This document shows, piece after piece, positions 27,097 to 32,000 of a stretch of DNA of 32,000 nt. A program made the translations under genes and the position numbers. This DNA comes from Candidatus Saccharimonadota bacterium. Its GTDB lineage: Bacteria; Patescibacteriota; Saccharimonadia; Saccharimonadales; UBA4665. The DNA is taken from positions 330,001 to 362,000 of the forward strand of contig CP064992.1 in the NCBI GenBank assembly GCA_016699935.1. Reading direction: 5' to 3'. Each line of letters begins with the position of its first letter. The stretch's first letter is position 1. Below the pieces are notes generated by a model. It was not told the origin of the DNA and did no database searches. It worked only from the letters and a program-made list of their open reading frames with translations.

Positions 27097-28209
27097 TTAT
27101 TCCCAGCGGAAGAAGCGGAAGGCTAGGATGTAGACTACTACGCACCAGCCTAGGATGATGCCGAATTGTGGCAGCAGGTCAAGTACGCCGCGGTTTTCGG
27201 TGATTATTAGACGGGCGGCATCTATCACCGGCGTCAAAGGCAAGTAGTTGGTAATGCCCTGCAACCATTCCGGCATGAGAAAGCGTGGAAAAAGCTGCCA
27301 GAAAGGAACATCATGGGAAAAGTGATTATCTGCGCCAGCGGCGCAGCCTGACGCTCGTTTTTGCCCATCCACCCACCGAAAGACCTATACCAAACAACAT
27401 AATTGCCCCCAGCGACACCAAAGACCAAGCACCAAGTAATTTCCCCTCATATTGAGCCCAAAAACGGTCAAACCCACGACAAACATTGTCGCTATAGACA
27501 TCAGTCCGACAAAGGTGTTAGAAATAACATTGCCCAAGAAATACTGCCAAACTTTCAGAGTTGTAGTGTGGTAGCGCCGCAAAACACCCCGCTCTTTCAG
27601 CTTCGGGAAGACACTGGTCGGACCGAATATACCAGCCCCGAGCAGCGAAAAGCCGAGGAGTCCAGCGAAAACATAGTCAAATTGAGTCAGACCCTGCTTG
27701 GCAGTAGATTTCGCCGTGACGGTAAAGGGTTTTTCGACAGGCACAAATTTGGCATTGATACCTTCAAATATGCTGTTCAAGATAGACGCCAGCGTCTGGC
27801 CACCCTGTTCATTGCTCTTGTTGTACAACACTTGCGCTTGACCGGTCGGGTAGCCTTTTGCACCCACTTGGCCAAAATCGGCGGGCAAAATGATGGTCGC
27901 ATCTAACTCACCACGGCTCATTTTTTCCTGGGCTTCGTCGAGCGTTTTCACCCGGGAATCTATTTTTAACACCTTATCTTTTTGCCCCATTTGCTCAAAC
28001 TGCTTGGCAAATTGTGAGTCTGAGCGGTTTAGAAATGCCACGTTGAAACTGACGCTACTATTATTTCGCCCAAAAATACCGCCAAAAACAAAAAGAAAAA
28101 GCAGTGGAAATACAAAGGTGAAAAATATCGCCAGTTTGTCGCGAAACAGCCGGCGAATATCAATCTTAGCAAAAGTGAAAACTGGCAGTAGTGCCTTCTT
28201 CATATGCAC
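27097..28209 (-). pseudogene. ABC-2-type transporter permease, >=2 frameshifts in the C-terminal TM region
   Basis: ORF 27385..28209 covers the N-terminal TM, a large extracytoplasmic loop and several TMs. ORFs 27234..27428 and 27097..27372 continue it (...NERQAAPLAQIITFPMMFLSGSFFP / RFLMPEWLQGITNYLPLTPVIDAARLI...). It lies downstream of its ATPase. Confidence 0.75.
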
Positions 28210-28273
28210 TCCCCATAAGTTGCCAGCGGCAACCCACTCTTATCTCTTATCTCCGTACTCTTATCTCTCATCC

Positions 28274-29038
28274 TTAGTCCCTTAGCGCCTTTCCAGTAAG
28301 ATCAATAAAGACATCCTCTAAGTTTGCTTGTTCGACGTGCTGAGATTTGGTAAAGCCTTTGGAAAGAAGTGCTTTTACCAGGTTTTTCGGTGTGTCGAGT
28401 GCGATAATCTTGCCTTCATCCATCACAGCTACTCGGTCGCAGAGCAGCTCGGCCTCATCCATGTAGTGCGTTGTCATGATGACGGTAACGCCGCGGTCGC
28501 GCACCTCCTGGATGAGGTCCCAGAGATTGCGTCTTGCCTGCGGATCAAGCCCTGTTGTCGGCTCATCTAGGAAAAACACCTTTGGGCCGTGCACCAGCGC
28601 TGCGGCTATGGAAAAGCGCTGACGCTGGCCACCCGAGAGGTTTTCGACATAGCTTTTAGCCTTGTCTTCTAGCTGCAAATCACGCAGGAATTTCATGGCA
28701 TCGACTTTTTCACCGTAGGCTGCAGAAAAGAACTCTAAAAGCTCGACTAGTTTCGTTTTTTCCTCAAAAGATGGCGTCTGTGGCTGCACGCCAATCAGCC
28801 CTTTCACTTTATTTGAGTTTGTGGATACATCTAGACCATCGAGCATCGCCGAGCCGCCGTCGATTGGCCGAAGCGTCTCCAGCATTTCTAGTGTAGTAGT
28901 TTTACCAGCACCGTTTGGCCCTAGTATGCCAAATATTTCCCCTTCTTTGACATCAAAGCTTATGCCATCTACAACCGCCTTGCCGTCATATTTTTTTATT
29001 AGGCTTTTAACTACAACGATTGGTTTAGCTTGTTTCAT
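28274..29038 (-). CDS. ABC transporter ATP-binding protein (ABC-2/DrrA-like)
   Basis: 254-aa intact ORF with Walker A GPNGAGKTT, signature LSGGQRQRFSIAAAL, Walker B FFLDEPTTGLD and H-loop MTTHYMDE. TAGACT (29046-29051, minus) lies 7 nt upstream of the ATG. Confidence 0.9.
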   Translation of the reverse strand: MKQAKPIVVVKSLIKKYDGKAVVDGISFDVKEGEIFGILGPNGAGKTTTLEMLETLRPIDGGSAMLDGLDVSTNSNKVKGLIGVQPQTPSFEEKTKLVELLEFFSAAYGEKVDAMKFLRDLQLEDKAKSYVENLSGGQRQRFSIAAALVHGPKVFFLDEPTTGLDPQARRNLWDLIQEVRDRGVTVIMTTHYMDEAELLCDRVAVMDEGKIIALDTPKNLVKALLSKGFTKSQHVEQANLEDVFIDLTGKALRD

Positions 29039-29100
29039 CCTTTTTAGTCTACCATGTACAACTTCTTGGAGGCAGAAAAAACGTCGGTTATACTACGCTT

Positions 29101-29654
29101 GTGCGATTCATTTTGTTGATTGTTACCTTGCTTTTAGCCTGCGGGCTCTATGGGGTGCTGCATTGGTGGCCATACAGCCGGAATGCGTCTTTTAGCCAAC
29201 ATGTTGCCAGGCATAGAGCTGCAACCATCTACTACTTCTGGCTGTTTCTTCTAACACTCCGCCTCTAGTATGGTACTTTGCATCTTGGCTGCTACCAACG
29301 TACAATCTGCCGGGCAGTGTTTTGGCGCTAGTAACCTGTTCTTGTGCCTTGCAGCTAGCGTGTACGCTCATACCAGAGACACACGGCTGGCGCGTTCCAC
29401 TTCACCGTACGCTTGCCAGCCTATCTGGCCTGATGCTTTTACCTATAGAATGGCTCATTTTTACTTCATTGCCCTCTATCACCTCTGTCAGGTTTAGTTT
29501 CATCGCCGGGATTGTTACACAGCTAGCCTTGCTTGCGACACTCGTGCTCAAGCGCCGTAGCTCCATGCCCTGGACATTTCAGGTCGCCTATTACGCTGGC
29601 TTCTTTTTGCCGCTCATGGTTCTGACCTTCTTTCACACCCAGCTGGTAAACTAA
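29101..29654 (+). CDS. Hypothetical integral membrane protein, one frameshift
   Basis: GTG 29101 opens (V)RFILLIVTLLLACGLYGVLHWW...IYYFWLFLL. This joins the frame of ORF 29322..29654 (...PPLVWYFASWLLPTYNLPGSVLALVTCSCALQLACTLIPE...) near 29250-29262. There are 5-6 hydrophobic helices. TATACT 29089-29094 lies 6 nt upstream of the GTG. Confidence 0.5.
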
Positions 29655-29699
29655 AGGGTTAATGCAGCCTAAAACTTCCTTCGCGTTACGAGCTATACA

Positions 29700-29729
29700 A
29701 AAACGTCCGGATTTTACACCGGACGTTTT
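29700..29729. terminator. Bidirectional Rho-independent terminator between convergent genes
   Basis: Perfect 11-bp stem AAAACGTCCGG/CCGGACGTTTT with an 8-nt loop. The A/T arms give U-tracts in both directions. Confidence 0.7.
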
Positions 29730-29747
29730 ATGGTTGCGCTCTAGTAA

Positions 29748-29945
29748 TTAGCTGCGCTTGACGGTCAGGAAACCGTTGCGTGGGTTTTCGTTGACCTGAA
29801 AACCAGCTGGTAGATCGCTAGCCTCTGGGCGGTCGTCTTTACTAAAGTAGTAAATCGTCTGCTCTTTGCCGCCGCGAAGCGTAACTTTCTTTGAGTTTAG
29901 GTGATATGTAACACCCTTTGAATTCTTGTGCGTGTATCCTGCCAT
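29748..29945 (-). CDS. Small conserved-looking hypothetical protein (65 aa)
   Basis: Intact ORF MAGYTHKNSKGVTYHLNSKKVTLRGGKEQTIYYFSKDDRPE.... A GGGAGA Shine-Dalgarno lies ~6 nt upstream and a terminator lies 18 nt downstream. Confidence 0.6.
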   Translation of the reverse strand: MAGYTHKNSKGVTYHLNSKKVTLRGGKEQTIYYFSKDDRPEASDLPAGFQVNENPRNGFLTVKRS

Positions 29946-30118
29946 AGGAATCTCCCTCTCTTAACTTTACGTTAGTACCCCTACGATACATCGGTGGTAA
30001 TCTGTTTGTCAACACCTTTAGTACCAATCACAACACCTAGCCGTTTTAGAGTTGCGTCATTAAGTTGTCTGTATTACACTTATGGTTGTAATTATTTTAA
30101 TGTCTTAAAGGTGGAAAT

Positions 30119-30763
30119 ATGGATTTTCGACAACTAAATTCAAACCCGGCAAACAAGCAAGAGCCAGTACCTGTCGCACAACCGCAGCATCCAGTCGCTA
30201 AAAGAGGTGTTGGGACGGCAGTACCAAAATGGCTCAACCTCATGAGCGTCGCCGTGCTATTTGGTGTAGCCGTTTTATTGCTTTTGCTCAGCGTCCTATT
30301 TGCCCGCGGAAATACTAATGATAACGAGTTTAAGTACGTGAGTAGTACGCAGTACCAAGCTGTATTCCTGAACAACGGGCAGGTGTACTTCGGCAATGTT
30401 AAGGCGCTAAATGGCAAATATATCGATTTGGTAAACGTACATTACCTAACGCAAAACGCGACCACCAATGCGAGTGGCCAACAGCAAGCGAGTGGCGACT
30501 ATACACTCGTCAAACTGGGCTGTCAGCAAATTCACTCACCAACTGACCGTATGCTGATAAATCGTGACCAGGTCACTTTCTGGGAGAATATCAAGGGTGA
30601 TGGTAAGGTTGCTAAGAGTATCGAAGAATTCAAGAAACAGAATCCAAAAGGCCCGAATTGTGACGAGCAAACTAGCCAGACTCCAGCCGAAAACGCACCA
30701 AGTCAAGCAAGTAAAAACAGCACAACCACACAAAATTCACAGACTACCACAAACCCACGCTAG
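30119..30763 (+). CDS. Hypothetical membrane-anchored extracytoplasmic protein with Q/T/S-rich tail
   Basis: 214-aa intact ORF. An AAGGTGG Shine-Dalgarno lies 5 nt upstream. It has a single TM (LMSVAVLFGVAVLLLLLSVLF), a globular domain and a low-complexity C-terminus. Confidence 0.7.
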   Translation: MDFRQLNSNPANKQEPVPVAQPQHPVAKRGVGTAVPKWLNLMSVAVLFGVAVLLLLLSVLFARGNTNDNEFKYVSSTQYQAVFLNNGQVYFGNVKALNGKYIDLVNVHYLTQNATTNASGQQQASGDYTLVKLGCQQIHSPTDRMLINRDQVTFWENIKGDGKVAKSIEEFKKQNPKGPNCDEQTSQTPAENAPSQASKNSTTTQNSQTTTNPR

Positions 30764-30780
30764 TCTCAGTATTACATAAA

Positions 30781-30803
30781 AAGCCTCCATCTGGGGGCTT
30801 TTT
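30781..30803 (+). terminator. Rho-independent terminator
   Basis: GCCTCC-ATCT-GGGGGC stem-loop flanked by an A-run and followed by TTTTT (30799-30803). It lies 18 nt after the stop at 30763. Confidence 0.6.
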
Positions 30804-30958
30804 ATTATTACCTAGCACCCATAAAAACCATGAGTGTATAGAGTGCGGCTACTATGACCTACACCGTGGGTATCACCCAATACGATGCGTTCACTCTGTC
30901 ACGACTTTCGCTGGGGAGGATATCGTGCTAGATCGTCATACTGTCGCCTACAACTTGG

Positions 30959-31561
30959 CTATTTCAAGTATCTCTTCATGGCCCAGTTGTACAGCGTCAT
31001 GAGAATAAAGCCAATTGCATTCAGGACTGCTGCAACCAGACTCCAGCCCGCCAAATCGGGTGACCATTTTGCCGATACGAAATCAAACTTGTAGAGCGCA
31101 TCTGGTATATCGCCAAGTCGGACACCTCGCGCCTCTGCATAATTTTCTATACAGTTAATGGTATCTTGGGCGTTCGATGTCTGGCCTTCAGCACGACACG
31201 TCTGCAACGCCTCGTTATAGAGCGCGCTATTGTTCCTGCCAAGCGTCTCTTGCCGCTCGGTCTGGAGCCGTTCGTAGGTGTATTTCAGCTGTATGGGCGG
31301 GTGAGCCCCATTTGCGCCCGTCTCGAGGCTTGTATTCATATGGCCATGCACATGCTCGCGCAGGGCACGCAGGGCGCCTTCGACATCTCCGTTGTTTTTA
31401 TCCGCTTCAAAAACAGCGGTACGCAAACGCCCCATTTCGAGGTTATTGTGCTGCAAGGCCTTGATGCTGATGTAGCCAAACACAAGAGTTAGCAACAAAA
31501 AATACCACGGATGAATCTTCCGGACGTATCGCCAAACATGGTGCAGCTTTCGTTTATCCAT
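30959..31561 (-). CDS. Hypothetical membrane protein (two TM helices)
   Basis: 200-aa intact ORF with TM helices near both termini (WYFLLLTLVFGYISI; WSLVAAVLNAIGFILMTLY). TATAAT (31572-31577, minus) lies 10 nt upstream of the ATG. Confidence 0.65.
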   Translation of the reverse strand: MDKRKLHHVWRYVRKIHPWYFLLLTLVFGYISIKALQHNNLEMGRLRTAVFEADKNNGDVEGALRALREHVHGHMNTSLETGANGAHPPIQLKYTYERLQTERQETLGRNNSALYNEALQTCRAEGQTSNAQDTINCIENYAEARGVRLGDIPDALYKFDFVSAKWSPDLAGWSLVAAVLNAIGFILMTLYNWAMKRYLK

Positions 31562-31597
31562 CTTGCTAATGATTATACCAGTACTGAGGAAGTTCGT

Positions 31598-31625
31598 TTG
31601 CTACTTGCTACTTGCTACTTGCTAC
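31598..31625. repeat. Tandem heptamer (TTGCTAC)x4
   Basis: Four exact head-to-tail copies, followed by a partial fifth (TTG) that runs into the -10 box GATAAT. Confidence 0.95.
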
Positions 31626-31633
31626 TTGATAAT
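31605..31633 (+). promoter_or_regulatory. murC-like gene promoter: -35 TTGCTA, 17-nt spacer, -10 GATAAT, start codon 6 nt downstream
   Basis: TTGCTA at 31605-31610 (second heptamer), a spacer at 31611-31627, GATAAT at 31628-31633 and ATG at 31640. Confidence 0.5.
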
Positions 31634-31639
31634 GTAGCC

Positions 31640-32000
31640 ATGCATATATTCTTCTCAGGAATCGGCGGCACAGGTATCGGTCCTCTCGCGCTTGTTGCAA
31701 AACAGGCTGGCTACGAAGTTTCGGGGTCAGATAAGCAAGACTCTTTATATGTCGACTACCTACGTAAACAAGGCATTGCTACCATCACTATCGGCCAAAC
31801 TACAGAGAACATGGCTACCGCGCACTCCAAAAATCCAATCGACTGGTACGTCTATTCGTCAGCAGTGGCCATCGAACAGCCAGATGCGCCAGAGTTCCAG
31901 TTTTGCCGAGATAATGGCATTCGCATGACAAAGCGTGATGAGCTACTAAATGAGATTTTGTTGCAAAAAAGCCTTAAACTCATCGCTATCGCTGGTACTC
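31640..32000 (+). CDS. murC: Mur ligase, UDP-N-acetylmuramate--L-alanine ligase-like (N-terminal 120 codons; continues beyond window end)
   Basis: Not in the ORF track because it is truncated. It reads MHIFFSGIGGTGIGPLALVAKQAGYEVSGSD...DWYVYSSAVAIEQPDAPEF...IRMTKRDELLNEILLQKSLKLIAIAGT. This is a MurC/Mpl-type Rossmann N-domain running into the GTHGKT P-loop. MurC and Mpl cannot be separated from this fragment. Confidence 0.75.
   Translation, partial: MHIFFSGIGGTGIGPLALVAKQAGYEVSGSDKQDSLYVDYLRKQGIATITIGQTTENMATAHSKNPIDWYVYSSAVAIEQPDAPEFQFCRDNGIRMTKRDELLNEILLQKSLKLIAIAGT

Noticed and set aside
31598-31625. The tandem repeat considered as a CRISPR-like or minisatellite array.
   Set aside because: The units are 7 bp, contiguous and without spacers. 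This is a simple heptamer microsatellite within a promoter, not a CRISPR array.

Overview
32-kb chromosomal segment from a small-genome bacterium. The gene content is housekeeping, envelope and transport: an ftsH-tilS neighbourhood, an LCP-family envelope protein, FtsB/DivIC, a MurC-like ligase, Dus, three ABC exporter pairs, MFS/EamA/TauE/CorA transporters and several HAD phosphatases. Intergenic regions are very short. This would fit a Gram-positive-like or CPR/Saccharibacteria-type lineage, but that is inference only, since no search was possible. I recognise about 30 protein-coding loci, mostly on the minus strand. There are three intact tRNA genes, all with a CAU anticodon (elongator-Met type, initiator type, Ile2/Met type), plus the two separated halves of a fourth tRNA(CAU). 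No rRNA, CRISPR array, transposase or integrase was recognised. Three points stand out. (1) Roughly half of the genes are broken into 2-5 ORF-track fragments by +/-1 frameshifts, most of which I could localise to 4-5-nt homopolymers. The ORF track therefore under-represents the real genes. The cause is either systematic indel error in the assembly or recent gene decay, and this uncertainty limits every pseudogene call here. (2) At least 15 genes have a TATAAT-like hexamer 6-8 nt upstream of the start codon (11 nt in one case) and no Shine-Dalgarno, which points to a predominantly leaderless architecture. (3) Several pieces of accessory or unusual DNA are present. A lower-GC Fic (AMPylase-type) cassette is bracketed by 73-bp direct repeats beside tRNA-fMet, whose 3' end is itself duplicated. 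A tRNA(CAU) gene is interrupted in its anticodon loop by ~183 nt that contain a second, intact tRNA(CAU). There are two intergenic repeat families: a 36-44-bp palindrome and a ~125-150-nt nested-hairpin element. A ~170-nt helix-closed convergent intergenic region could be an ncRNA. A (TTGCTAC)4 heptamer array forms the -35 region of the murC promoter.
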